A stretch of DNA of 64,000 bases from Bacteroidales bacterium (GCA_017616735.1 JAFZXP010000078.1:6630-70629); one strand, 5' to 3'. Positions 17,223 through 26,209 are shown, counted from the first letter of the stretch. Numbers and translations: made by a program. The notes: generated from the sequence alone by a model not told the origin.

Positions 17223-19025
17223 TTATATGACGACAACACGCTGTGTTGAATTTCCAATTTTTATAAGATAAATGCCTGTCGGCATGTCGATGGCTAAGGA
17301 TGTGGTTGCGTACTCCTCATACAGGAGCGTCCCGACAAGGCTGAAAACCTGAATTTTAATCGTAGTGAACTGATTGTCAGTTAGATTGATGTGAATTTGT
17401 CCATGAGTCGGGTTGGGGAATATAGACGCTGTAATGCTCTGATTCTCACCAAGGCTTACGAAGAACTCGTTGATGCGATCTCTCATATTGTCGCATCTGT
17501 CACCCATGAAACTGTCAATGTCGTTGACACTGTTTATCCATGATGACAGGTTTTTGGGTCTGTTGAAACGTGCCGCTTGCTGTGGTATCTCATCAATCAC
17601 CAGACTTTTGGCAAATGTTAAATAAGGATTAGTTGCGGCATAATCGAATTGATTGCTCAACAAATGCTCGAATCTAGTGTAAAATGCCGACCTGAAGTCG
17701 TTGTTTTCGAGCAGCCGTCTGAACATCAGCGTCGATATTGCGTCAGTAGGCCAGCCCAAATTCTGTTCGCAGGTGGCGTTGCTGAAAACGTCAAAATCCA
17801 TCTTTTGTAGACAATCGTCGCCGTCAAAGAAAATCCAGCGCCATTTGCCGTCAAGGTATTGATAACACCGCATGTTGTTAGCCGGCCAGTCGTTGTTAGC
17901 TATGAAAAGCTCCAGACAGTAATAGTTTATGAAATTGTCGACATCGATGAGCGAACATAGGTGTTCATAATTGGTGGAATCAGACAAGTCGGCGTCTTCG
18001 AGCCATTGCATCATCTGGATGAAATTGACGTTCTGGCCGTCTTCGGCCTCACCGTGCCAACTGCCGATGACATTGTAATCGTCGTCGCTGTGCCCGAAAT
18101 GGTCTTCCAGATAATGCGAGTCGGGGCGTTCGCTGACATAGTAGATGCCCCAATATTCACCGTTGATGAAAAGCGCTTCCGGACGCGATAAGATATACTC
18201 CAAGCCTATGCTTCTTGCCATGCTGTTGCAAATCCAGTCTTGGATTCCTATTGAGAACCACTGGCAGCTGAATGGCTTCAAAACCAGATGTTTGACGCTG
18301 TTTTTAGGCGAGTCGTTAAAGAATTTGTGATAAAAACGTTTTGTGCCGTATTCCTGTCGGGCATAGAGTTTCATGCCTTTTTGCGGTCCGCGTCGAGCTG
18401 TGCCTCCATGTGTCCTGAGGCCGGCTGTCTGGTTGACACCGCTGTTGTCGGCTGTTTCATAAAACTCGATGTTTACAACGCGTTCCCACTCGTCGCCGCT
18501 CATGTAATAATTGCCGGTCCAATAACTGTATTCCGGGTCGAAATTGACACCTTTGACAAAAATTCCGGTGTAATAGTCGAACAAATCCGACGAATCGGCG
18601 GCTATTGACATCGCTGGCAGGCCATGAGTGTCGCAGCCAAGCTCGTTGATGAAATAACTCTGTGTTGTCACTGTCCCGACGCAGTTTTCATCATTGTCGA
18701 ACGCACAAGCCCTGATGATGATGCATTTCATCACTGAATCGGGCGTGAATAGAAGCTCGTCGATGGTTGTGGGTATGGTGTAAATGTTGGAATTTGAATA
18801 CAAACCCTCGTTCAAATACAGAGGGCCGGTATAAAGCGTTGAGTTGGCGTCGGGGGCGGCGCCGTTGGTAGTGTAACGTATGTGATATGCCGGGTCGCAG
18901 GTCAATTCCAGGCTGAAACTACTTTCATAGAAACCGCCTGAATGTGAGAATGTTACGGTCTGAGCATTGAGCCCAAGCCGTAACATCATCACGATGAATG
19001 CTATAAAGCATATCTTTTTCATCAC
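17223..19025 (-). CDS. CotH kinase family protein with T9SS C-terminal sorting domain
   Basis: Paralog of the downstream gene (LFINGEYWGIYYVSERPDSHYLEDH, NNMRCYQYLDGKWRWIFFDGD). It ends in a T9SS CTD (ASIFPNPTHGQIHINL...GIYLIKIGNSTQRVVVI). GTG at 19025 or ATG at 19022. Confidence 0.8.
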   Translation of the reverse strand: MMKKICFIAFIVMMLRLGLNAQTVTFSHSGGFYESSFSLELTCDPAYHIRYTTNGAAPDANSTLYTGPLYLNEGLYSNSNIYTIPTTIDELLFTPDSVMKCIIIRACAFDNDENCVGTVTTQSYFINELGCDTHGLPAMSIAADSSDLFDYYTGIFVKGVNFDPEYSYWTGNYYMSGDEWERVVNIEFYETADNSGVNQTAGLRTHGGTARRGPQKGMKLYARQEYGTKRFYHKFFNDSPKNSVKHLVLKPFSCQWFSIGIQDWICNSMARSIGLEYILSRPEALFINGEYWGIYYVSERPDSHYLEDHFGHSDDDYNVIGSWHGEAEDGQNVNFIQMMQWLEDADLSDSTNYEHLCSLIDVDNFINYYCLELFIANNDWPANNMRCYQYLDGKWRWIFFDGDDCLQKMDFDVFSNATCEQNLGWPTDAISTLMFRRLLENNDFRSAFYTRFEHLLSNQFDYAATNPYLTFAKSLVIDEIPQQAARFNRPKNLSSWINSVNDIDSFMGDRCDNMRDRINEFFVSLGENQSITASIFPNPTHGQIHINLTDNQFTTIKIQVFSLVGTLLYEEYATTSLAIDMPTGIYLIKIGNSTQRVVVI

Positions 19026-19031
19026 GAGATT

Positions 19032-21104
19032 TTATTTCTCGATTCTGATACGGGCGTCGACAGCTGTCACATAGCGTGGATTGCCGAGCAACGGGTTGAG
19101 GTCCATCTCGGCGATTTCCGGAGCAGCTTGCACCAATGCGCTCACGCGAGCCACCTGGTCGGCATAAAGGTCGATGTTGACACCTTCCTGACCGCGCACG
19201 CCTTGCAAAATCTTGTATCCTTTAAGCTGTTTGAGCATCTCCTTGGCTTCGTCGGCTGTGATAGGAGCGAGGGCTGATTGAACGTCTTTCAACACCTCGA
19301 TGAAGATACCGCCCAAACCGAAGAATATCTGGTGACCAAACTTAGGATCTTTTATTGCGCCAATGTAAACGTCGATACCGTCAAGCATCGGGTACATCTC
19401 AACCGCGTAAGTGTCTTTGATGGCAATCAAGCGGTCGAACTCCTTGGCAACGGTATCGAGGTCTTTCACGCCGAGTGTCACACCGCCAACATCTGATTTG
19501 TGGAGCGGACCGACAACCTTCATCACCAGCGGCACATCTTTCGAGCAACCGACTTCTTTAGCGAATGCAAGAGCGTCTTCTTTCTTGCTGACTTCCACCG
19601 ATTTCTTGCGGCTGATGCCGGCAGCGTCGAGCAGTTCGTTGTAGTCGGCAATCTCCAGATAACCTGACTTGCAGCGATCGATTGTTTTGCGGATGCGAGC
19701 CACATCAATCTTAGGCAGCTCAACATGTTCTGGCTGAGGCTTTGGTGTGTTGTAAACTTTGCAAATTGCATTACCAAGCACGCATTCCTCTGGGAAGTTG
19801 ATGCGGCCTTTTGCGATGAAATCGTTGATTTCGTCCTTCACGTTAATGATTGAGGGCAACACTGGGAAGATAGGCTTCTTGCAGGTCTTCATCTTTTCAT
19901 CCAGCAGGTCGTAAACCTCTTTGTTGCTGAACAATCCAGGTGAGCCGAAGATGACCACTGAGAAGTCGATATCTGTGTATTCGTTCTCGACAGTGTCGAT
20001 GATATATCCGAGTTGCTCAGCTGTTCCTGTGGCGAGGAAGTCGATAGGGTTACCCACTGACGAGCCGCCGAAAAGTTTCTCTAACAGGGCAGGGCTTGCC
20101 GGGTGTTCTTTCAATGAAGGAACTTCCATGCCACCGTTGCTTAAAACGTCGGTGAGCATGACAGCCGGACCGCCGGCGTGTGTGATGACGGCGCAGCGTT
20201 TACCTTTGATTTCAGGATGCATGAAGACAGCGCATACTGTTGTCAGCTCCTGACGGTTTTGGCAGCGCACGATGCCAGCCTTGCGGAACAATGCATCAAC
20301 AGCAGCGTCGCTGGTGGCCAAAGCGCCAGTGTGTGACGAAGCGGCACGTGAGCCGGCAGCGCTGTTGCCGCTCTTGATGGCTGCGATATGGCATCCTTTG
20401 TTGATAAGGCTGCGTGAATGTTTGAGCAATCTCTGCGGGTCGCCTATCTTTTCCATGTAAAGCATGATGACACGGCTCGACTTCACAGGGTCGAAGGTCT
20501 CGTCCAAGTGCTCCAAAACGTCCTCAATACCGAGCTGAGCGCTGTTACCAACAGCCCAAACGCTGTTGAATTTCAAACCGTTGCTGATGCCGTATTCCTT
20601 AATGAACACTGCTGTTGCACCTGATCCTGTGATGAAATCGACTCCATGAGGGTCGAGGGTTGGGATAGGAGTGTCGAAGCATCCTGCATAGTTCACGTTG
20701 AGGAATCCGGTGCAGTTAGGACCGATCAAGCTGCCGCCGACGCTGTTGATGGTGTCGACGATATGTTTTTCGATCAAAGCACCCTCGTGGTTCTCTTCTG
20801 AGAATCCGGCGCTGATGATGATAAAGCCTTTGCAGCCTTTCTCTTTTGCCAATACATCGACTGTCTGAGCGCAGAACTTGGCGGCGATGCAGATGATGGC
20901 GCAGTCCACCTGCGGAAGGTCGTTGACGCTTGCGTAGCATTTTACGCCTTGCACCTCGGTTTCTTTAGGGTTCACTGCATAAACAGGACCTCTGAACGGG
21001 CTTTCCAACAGGTTTTTCAATGCTTTTCCACCAGGTTTGTGAATGTCACTCGATGCACCGCATACAACGATGCTTTTCGGATTTAATAATTCTTTTGCAA
21101 TCAT
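19032..21104 (-). CDS. Acetate-CoA ligase family protein (ADP-forming acetyl-CoA synthetase, fused alpha/beta)
   Basis: N-terminal CoA-binding domain (PKSIVVCGASSD...PVYAVNPK), succinyl-CoA-synthetase-like middle, C-terminal ATP-grasp part. 690 aa. Confidence 0.85.
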   Translation of the reverse strand: MIAKELLNPKSIVVCGASSDIHKPGGKALKNLLESPFRGPVYAVNPKETEVQGVKCYASVNDLPQVDCAIICIAAKFCAQTVDVLAKEKGCKGFIIISAGFSEENHEGALIEKHIVDTINSVGGSLIGPNCTGFLNVNYAGCFDTPIPTLDPHGVDFITGSGATAVFIKEYGISNGLKFNSVWAVGNSAQLGIEDVLEHLDETFDPVKSSRVIMLYMEKIGDPQRLLKHSRSLINKGCHIAAIKSGNSAAGSRAASSHTGALATSDAAVDALFRKAGIVRCQNRQELTTVCAVFMHPEIKGKRCAVITHAGGPAVMLTDVLSNGGMEVPSLKEHPASPALLEKLFGGSSVGNPIDFLATGTAEQLGYIIDTVENEYTDIDFSVVIFGSPGLFSNKEVYDLLDEKMKTCKKPIFPVLPSIINVKDEINDFIAKGRINFPEECVLGNAICKVYNTPKPQPEHVELPKIDVARIRKTIDRCKSGYLEIADYNELLDAAGISRKKSVEVSKKEDALAFAKEVGCSKDVPLVMKVVGPLHKSDVGGVTLGVKDLDTVAKEFDRLIAIKDTYAVEMYPMLDGIDVYIGAIKDPKFGHQIFFGLGGIFIEVLKDVQSALAPITADEAKEMLKQLKGYKILQGVRGQEGVNIDLYADQVARVSALVQAAPEIAEMDLNPLLGNPRYVTAVDARIRIEK

Positions 21105-21150
21105 GATAATTATATTTTTAATCTTTAATTTAATTCCTAATTAATTGTAC

Positions 21151-21165
21151 AGACGATCATCGTCT
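21151..21165 (-). terminator. Short palindrome immediately after the lipid kinase stop
   Basis: AGACGATCATCGTCT abuts the stop codon at 21166-21168. Shares the AGACG...CGTCT-CTAC frame with 8721 and 28960. Confidence 0.4.
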
Positions 21166-22065
21166 CTACGGAACAATGAATCGTATCGCCTGTTGCTTAT
21201 TTTCCACTACAATTTTTTCTCCTTCCATAATTTCTCCGTCCAATGATACGCAGAATCCTTTTCCGCCTTCAATCACCACCTGTTTCGCTCTGCGATAAAC
21301 CACATATTTCATGAATTTCGGATTGTCGAGATGCGTGCCGTTGGTGTAATATTTCTTGAACAATGCGAATTTTATTCTCGAAACAGGCTTGATTAGACAA
21401 ACTTCAAGCAGTCCGTCGTCGTTCACTGAACGAGGAGCGCATTTGTAGCTGCCGCCTACGTAACGGCCGTTGGCAATGGTGCACAGACAAATCTTTCCGT
21501 TATTGAGTTTTTCGCCATCGGCATAAACAGTGCAACGAGTACGCATTCCTGTCAAAAACGCCCAGAATACCGCGATAGGGTAGCACATTTTGCCTCCAAT
21601 AATAGGGTAGCGGCGGATTTTATGCATCATCTTCGCAACCACAGAATCCAACCCGAAATGAGTGGCATTGATTGCAAACCTTTCGTTAACCTGCATGATG
21701 TCGACACGATGTTCAGTGCCGTGCATTTCCTTCTCCACATCTCTAAACGTTTGCAAATCAGCGTAATACTTGATGTAGTCGTTGCCACTGCCGTAAGCTA
21801 AAACAGCCAAACTTGCATTTTGATAGCCGTAGACGGCGCTTGCCACCTTGTTGAGCGTGCCGTCTCCGCCGCAAGCGTAAAACCGCACTTCCTCGTCGGG
21901 ATGAGCCTCGAGGTACGACTTTATTTGCTCGATGTTGTCTTTTGCTGAATCGGGCGTAAATATTTCATAATCAATAACTTCTTTTTCGTTAGCAATCGCA
22001 TTCTTCACCTCTTTAAGGCACGAATGCTCGCCAGCAACAGTATTGACAATGAAAATATGCTTCAT
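21166..22065 (-). CDS. Diacylglycerol kinase family lipid kinase (YegS/DagK-like)
   Basis: Catalytic-domain motif ACGGDGTLNKVA. The ORF-track start (TTG at 22086) lies inside a TAATTTTG promoter box, so ATG 22065 (MKHIFIVNTVAG) is preferred. Confidence 0.8.
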   Translation of the reverse strand: MKHIFIVNTVAGEHSCLKEVKNAIANEKEVIDYEIFTPDSAKDNIEQIKSYLEAHPDEEVRFYACGGDGTLNKVASAVYGYQNASLAVLAYGSGNDYIKYYADLQTFRDVEKEMHGTEHRVDIMQVNERFAINATHFGLDSVVAKMMHKIRRYPIIGGKMCYPIAVFWAFLTGMRTRCTVYADGEKLNNGKICLCTIANGRYVGGSYKCAPRSVNDDGLLEVCLIKPVSRIKFALFKKYYTNGTHLDNPKFMKYVVYRRAKQVVIEGGKGFCVSLDGEIMEGEKIVVENKQQAIRFIVP

Positions 22066-22083
22066 CTCGTTCCCAAATTTTTG

Positions 22084-22091
22084 CAAAATTA
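22084..22091 (-). promoter_or_regulatory. Candidate -7 box TAATTTTG for the lipid kinase gene
   Basis: 18 nt upstream of ATG 22065. Overlaps the TTG start proposed by the ORF track. Confidence 0.4.
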
Positions 22092-22122
22092 ATGAATAAT
22101 TTTAAATAATAAAGCCTAATCT

Positions 22123-22854
22123 TTAAATTTTAATACTTGCGTAGCTGATGACTTTTCCGTTTCTCTTTATTGCAAACTGCCACTCGTCGTCGACTTTTTG
22201 GCGGTATATGCGCAGCACATCGCATTCCAGGCTTTCGGCTTCGTAATGTATCTCCATCTCTTTGATAGTCATGGCTTCCAACTCCTTGATAGAGAATGAG
22301 TCGAGCACCATCATGCAATATTTTGTGTTGTTGGTGTGATGTGAGATATCGATGTCGCAGGCGCGTATTGTCTTCTCGTAGACGAAGTCGCTTTCGGTGA
22401 AAGTGTCTTTGAATTTCTTGAAGGTGGGCTCGCAAGCTTTTTCCGTAATAAATTGAATGTCAGGATATTGTACGCTGTCTGTTTTTCTAAGGCGACGCGT
22501 CTCCTTGTCCAAAATAACCCATTCCGCCAAGCTGTTCACGGCAGGCTCCATGTTGGGTTTTAAGATTTGGTACGAACGGAAACATTTCAAAACTTCAGGT
22601 CCCGAAGGCCAGGTTTTCAAAATCACGTCGTCGTGGTCTTTCACAACACTGCGGAACTCGAATTTTATGCGGCGCACCACCCAGAAGGCGTTGTCGCGTT
22701 CGCCAAGAGTGGGCTGGTCGATGCCGAGCTGTGTGGCGTTGGCATCAGCCAATTCCTCAAACAAGGTCTGCATCATAAAAGGACTCAGCCTGTTCACGCT
22801 GTCGCAATAACTCGACATCACCTTGAAATTCTTACTATATTGATTATTTTCCAT
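22123..22854 (-). CDS. Acyl-ACP thioesterase family protein
   Basis: 243 aa with a double hot-dog-like layout. N-terminal FKVMSSYCD...RLSPFMMQTLFEELA resembles the acyl-ACP thioesterase family. Weaker motif support than most calls. Confidence 0.65.
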   Translation of the reverse strand: MENNQYSKNFKVMSSYCDSVNRLSPFMMQTLFEELADANATQLGIDQPTLGERDNAFWVVRRIKFEFRSVVKDHDDVILKTWPSGPEVLKCFRSYQILKPNMEPAVNSLAEWVILDKETRRLRKTDSVQYPDIQFITEKACEPTFKKFKDTFTESDFVYEKTIRACDIDISHHTNNTKYCMMVLDSFSIKELEAMTIKEMEIHYEAESLECDVLRIYRQKVDDEWQFAIKRNGKVISYASIKI

Positions 22855-22877
22855 TATGATAATACACTTTTAACTAT

Positions 22878-23019
22878 CAACTTTAAACTTTTTCAACTAC
22901 TCTAAACTCTAAACTTTAAACTCTAAACTATTCAAGATGACTCCAAACTATGCAAAGCCTCACTTCAGGGTAAGCCCTTGAGGTCTTACATTCGTGATGC
23001 CTTGCATAGTTTTCCGTCT
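22878..23019. repeat. 142-bp direct repeat, copy 1 (heptamer array plus about 68-nt hairpin)
   Basis: Identical to 23062-23203 except G/A at 22936/23120. Hairpin arms AAACTATGCAAAGCC (22945-22959) and GCCTTGCATAGTTT (22999-23012). Confidence 0.9.
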
Positions 23020-23061
23020 TAATATCTTCAATATTTAATACGTTTACACTATTAAACTCTT

Positions 23062-23203
23062 CAACTTTAAACTTTTTCAACTACTCTAAACTCTAAACTT
23101 TAAACTCTAAACTATTCAAAATGACTCCAAACTATGCAAAGCCTCACTTCAGGGTAAGCCCTTGAGGTCTTACATTCGTGATGCCTTGCATAGTTTTCCG
23201 TCT
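23062..23203. repeat. 142-bp direct repeat, copy 2, overlapping the 3' end of trmH
   Basis: Offset of exactly 184 nt from copy 1. Contains the trmH stop (23170-23172) and its last 10 codons. Confidence 0.9.
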
Positions 23204-23967
23204 CTTCGTTGTCTCACTGCTTCAAACGTTACAATCGCCGTCGTTACGCTAACATTCAAAGAGTCGGCGATGCCATTCATTGGAATGATGATGTTCTGGT
23301 CGGCGGCGTCAACCCATTGCTGCGAGATGCCAGTTGCCTCGGTTCCCATCACGATGGCTGATGCCTTCTTGAAGTCGGCGTCAAGGTAATCAATTGAAGC
23401 TTTAAGATATGTGCAATATATTGTTATGTTATTGTCTTTCAGCCATTTAATGCATTCTTCCGACGAGCATGCGAACAGCGGCACCGAGAAGATGCAGCCC
23501 ACGCTGGCACGGATAGCGTTTGGATTATATAAGTCGGTTCTCGGGTCGGCAATGATTACAGCGTCAACGCCTGCTGCGTCGGCGGTGCGCATCACAGCGC
23601 CTAAATTTCCAGGCTTTTCAACTGTCTCCAAAACGATGATGAGCGGATTCTTTTTCTTAGGCTTAAACGCTTTTAGGTCAGCGTATTTGGGGATGGCTAC
23701 TGCAAGAAGTCCGTCGCTGCCTTCGCGATAGGCGATTTTTTCGAACACTTCCAACGAGACTTCCTCAATCGAGCGCGCCGTCATTCCAGCGCCGTCTTTT
23801 GCGATGTCGGGACAAATAAACAACGTGTCGATTTCAAAGCCACAGGCGACGGCGCGCTCGATTTCGCGCCTTCCCTCAATGAGGATGCGATTTTGCTCAC
23901 GACGCTCCGAAGCTTTCTCTAACTTGATGATATTCTTAATCTTAGGATTTGTCTTGCTCGTTATCAT
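23170..23967 (-). CDS. TrmH/SpoU family RNA 2'-O-methyltransferase
   Basis: SpoU motifs LETVEKPGNLGAVMRTADAAGVDAVII and IPMNGIADSLNVSVTTAIV. The last 34 nt (DGKLCKASRM-stop) lie inside a repeated element. Confidence 0.85.
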   Translation of the reverse strand: MITSKTNPKIKNIIKLEKASERREQNRILIEGRREIERAVACGFEIDTLFICPDIAKDGAGMTARSIEEVSLEVFEKIAYREGSDGLLAVAIPKYADLKAFKPKKKNPLIIVLETVEKPGNLGAVMRTADAAGVDAVIIADPRTDLYNPNAIRASVGCIFSVPLFACSSEECIKWLKDNNITIYCTYLKASIDYLDADFKKASAIVMGTEATGISQQWVDAADQNIIIPMNGIADSLNVSVTTAIVTFEAVRQRRDGKLCKASRM

Positions 23968-24857
23968 ACCCTTGCCTCCTTCTTTTTTAACTGTGAGAAA
24001 ATCAAACCTACAACAACCATCACAATGCCTAAAATCTTGTTGCTTGACAGCGCCTCAATACCCAAAATGAAACTGAAAATGCCAGTGAACACAGGGATTA
24101 AATTGCTATACACGTTGGCTCTCGATGCGCCAAGTTTGCTAAATGCGAACGCCCACAACGAGTAGGCGACGGCGCTGCAAAGTACGCCAAGACATACCAA
24201 CGGAAATATATACTCGCTCACATTGCCGAAATTCGATGGCTCAAACTGTTCTATAATAATCGTCAACGGAATGAAATATATCATACCGACGATGTTCTGC
24301 ATCCATGTGATTGTCAATGGTTTATATAGCTTTGTCAACTTGGCCAAAGAGATGGAATAACCTACTGCCACCAACACGGCGCAGAATAAAAAGATTACTC
24401 CTTTGGTCGATGCCACAAACTCGAGGTTTTTGTTCATCAGCATCACCATCACACCTAGGAACGACACAATCAAACCGACGATATTCATCGCCGAAAGCCG
24501 TTCTTTCAGGAAAAGCGATGCCGCGATAGGCGTCACCAGCGGTATCATCGCGATAATAGCCGAACCGATGATAGGAGAGGTGTTTTTCAGACCATATCCC
24601 TCGAAAATAAAGTACAAAAACGGCTCGAACATTGCCGCCAACGCGAACAGCCCGAGGTGCTTGCGCTCGACCTTCTCGTTTAATCCGAAAATGAAAAGTA
24701 TAGCTGTAAAGAAAATTGTTGCAATCACAAGGCGTAAAAATATTGTCGCCGTGGGGTTGAGATTACGGTAAACCTGTGTCGACCAGATGAACGATAATCC
24801 CCAGATAATCATAGCGATAACGCCTGCAATATGAACTAAATAATTCCTATTTTTCAT
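23964..24857 (-). CDS. EamA/DMT family transporter
   Basis: About 10 helices in two EamA-like halves. 4-nt overlap with trmH downstream. Confidence 0.8.
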   Translation of the reverse strand: MKNRNYLVHIAGVIAMIIWGLSFIWSTQVYRNLNPTATIFLRLVIATIFFTAILFIFGLNEKVERKHLGLFALAAMFEPFLYFIFEGYGLKNTSPIIGSAIIAMIPLVTPIAASLFLKERLSAMNIVGLIVSFLGVMVMLMNKNLEFVASTKGVIFLFCAVLVAVGYSISLAKLTKLYKPLTITWMQNIVGMIYFIPLTIIIEQFEPSNFGNVSEYIFPLVCLGVLCSAVAYSLWAFAFSKLGASRANVYSNLIPVFTGIFSFILGIEALSSNKILGIVMVVVGLIFSQLKKKEARV

Positions 24858-24861
24858 AGCG

Positions 24862-24869
24862 CAAAAATA
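24862..24869 (-). promoter_or_regulatory. Candidate -7 box TATTTTTG for the EamA-trmH operon
   Basis: Only 4 nt before ATG 24857 (minus sense). Confidence 0.4.
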
Positions 24870-24905
24870 TCAAAAAAATTCAATCACCAATTTAAAAAAT
24901 ATATG

Positions 24906-24913
24906 TAATTTTG
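24906..24913 (+). promoter_or_regulatory. Candidate -7 box TAATTTTG for the PHP-like gene
   Basis: Only 5 nt before ATG 24919. Confidence 0.4.
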
Positions 24914-24918
24914 TAGTT

Positions 24919-26118
24919 ATGAAAAAGGCTTTAAAATTCTTCCTATATATCGCTGGAATCTTTGTCGCAATCCTAGTGGCGATGAATATTTTAGTGCCTG
25001 TTTACGTCTTTGACGAGCCGGTGCCTTTCCATGGCGATTATCTTCACAACCCATACCAGGATATCGACTCAACCTGGTGGAAATGCTGCAATTTTCACGG
25101 GCATACACGTCAGTATGGCGGCGTGACCAATGGCCGGAATAATGGCAACGAGGTTTACGACAGCATGTATCGTATGTTCGGATATGACCATGTCGGAATT
25201 TCCGATTATAATAAGGTGAATGGCTACGAAGAAGGCCGCGACCCAGGCTTTATACCCGCTTACGAGCATGGTTACAATGTGTGGAAAATCCATCAGGTGT
25301 GCCTCGGAACCAAGAAAGTGCGCCGAATCGATTATTTCTTCTATCAGACTTTGAGTCATAAGCAGCACATGCTCAATAAGTTAGGCGAGCAGAATAGGGT
25401 GGTGGCAGTGGCTCATCCGAGTTTCGTTGATGGCAGCTATAATGTGCGCGACATGAAATATCTCAGCAATTATAAGGTTTTGGAGGTTTTGAACGGCTTC
25501 GTCAACTCGCCTGAACACTGGGATATGGCGCTTTCCAACGGTCATCTTGTCTATCTCATTGCCGATGATGATACTCACGATGTGCTGAAAGTCAATGATA
25601 TAGCATTGAGAATAACTTATCTGAATGCCAAGGAAAACGATGCCAATCAGCTGTATGATGCCTTGCTTTCGGGAAAAACAGTCGGCATTGATTTCAAACT
25701 TGACCGTAAGGAGACGATGGATGACAAAGTTGAGCGTTTCAAGCGCGACATGCCTCGACTGAATCATGCCCAACTCAATGGCGGGCGCTTCGATGTCAAT
25801 GTCACCAAACCAATAAAAAAAGCTGAGTTTATCGGGCAAAACGGAATGATTTTAAAGGCTGATTGCTATGATGCAAACGATTCGATTTTCAATGCGGCAT
25901 ACAGTATCCAACCCTCCGACCAGTATGTACGCACGGTCGTGACGTTCTTCGACGGCACAACAATGTGGCTTAATCCTGTCACCCGTCATGAGAGCCCTGT
26001 TGTTGATAAACAACGTCTGGATCACATTTCTTATCTGTGGACAGCCGTGCTTTGGCTGATTTACGCCGGAATTATCGCATTATTGATAAAAATGGCGCGA
26101 AAAATACACGCAGAATAA
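24919..26118 (+). CDS. Membrane-anchored PHP-like metal-dependent phosphoesterase (tentative)
   Basis: N- and C-terminal hydrophobic helices. His/Asp-rich motifs spaced as in PHP domains (NFHGHT, YEHG, VAHPSF, IADDDTHD). Family assignment is tentative. Confidence 0.5.
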   Translation: MKKALKFFLYIAGIFVAILVAMNILVPVYVFDEPVPFHGDYLHNPYQDIDSTWWKCCNFHGHTRQYGGVTNGRNNGNEVYDSMYRMFGYDHVGISDYNKVNGYEEGRDPGFIPAYEHGYNVWKIHQVCLGTKKVRRIDYFFYQTLSHKQHMLNKLGEQNRVVAVAHPSFVDGSYNVRDMKYLSNYKVLEVLNGFVNSPEHWDMALSNGHLVYLIADDDTHDVLKVNDIALRITYLNAKENDANQLYDALLSGKTVGIDFKLDRKETMDDKVERFKRDMPRLNHAQLNGGRFDVNVTKPIKKAEFIGQNGMILKADCYDANDSIFNAAYSIQPSDQYVRTVVTFFDGTTMWLNPVTRHESPVVDKQRLDHISYLWTAVLWLIYAGIIALLIKMARKIHAE

Positions 26119-26180
26119 AAAAATACACCGAGAGTAAAATTTTTTACACGCAGAATAAAACGAAATACACGCAGAATAAA
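26104..26180 (+). repeat. Four direct repeats of a 16-nt unit ATACACGCAGAATAAA (spacing 19, 21, 21 nt)
   Basis: Copies at 26104, 26123 (ATACACCGAGAGTAAA), 26144 (TTACACGCAGAATAAA) and 26165. The first copy encodes the last codons and stop of the upstream gene. Confidence 0.85.
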
Positions 26181-26201
26181 TTTCTTGTCGTGTAAATGAT
26201 C

Positions 26202-26209
26202 TATTTTTG
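26202..26209 (+). promoter_or_regulatory. Candidate -7 box TATTTTTG for the 26239 gene
   Basis: 29 nt upstream of ATG 26239 and 21 nt downstream of the last 16-nt direct repeat. Confidence 0.45.

Noticed and set aside
22938-22982. Mini-ORF MTPNYAKPHFRVSP inside each 142-bp repeat, and the similar ITPNYAK in ORF 14679..14867
   Set aside because: The peptide similarity is a by-product of the conserved nucleotide arm ACTCCAAACTATGCAAA. The third copy lacks the ATG, the frame ends in the hairpin, and no promoter box precedes it.
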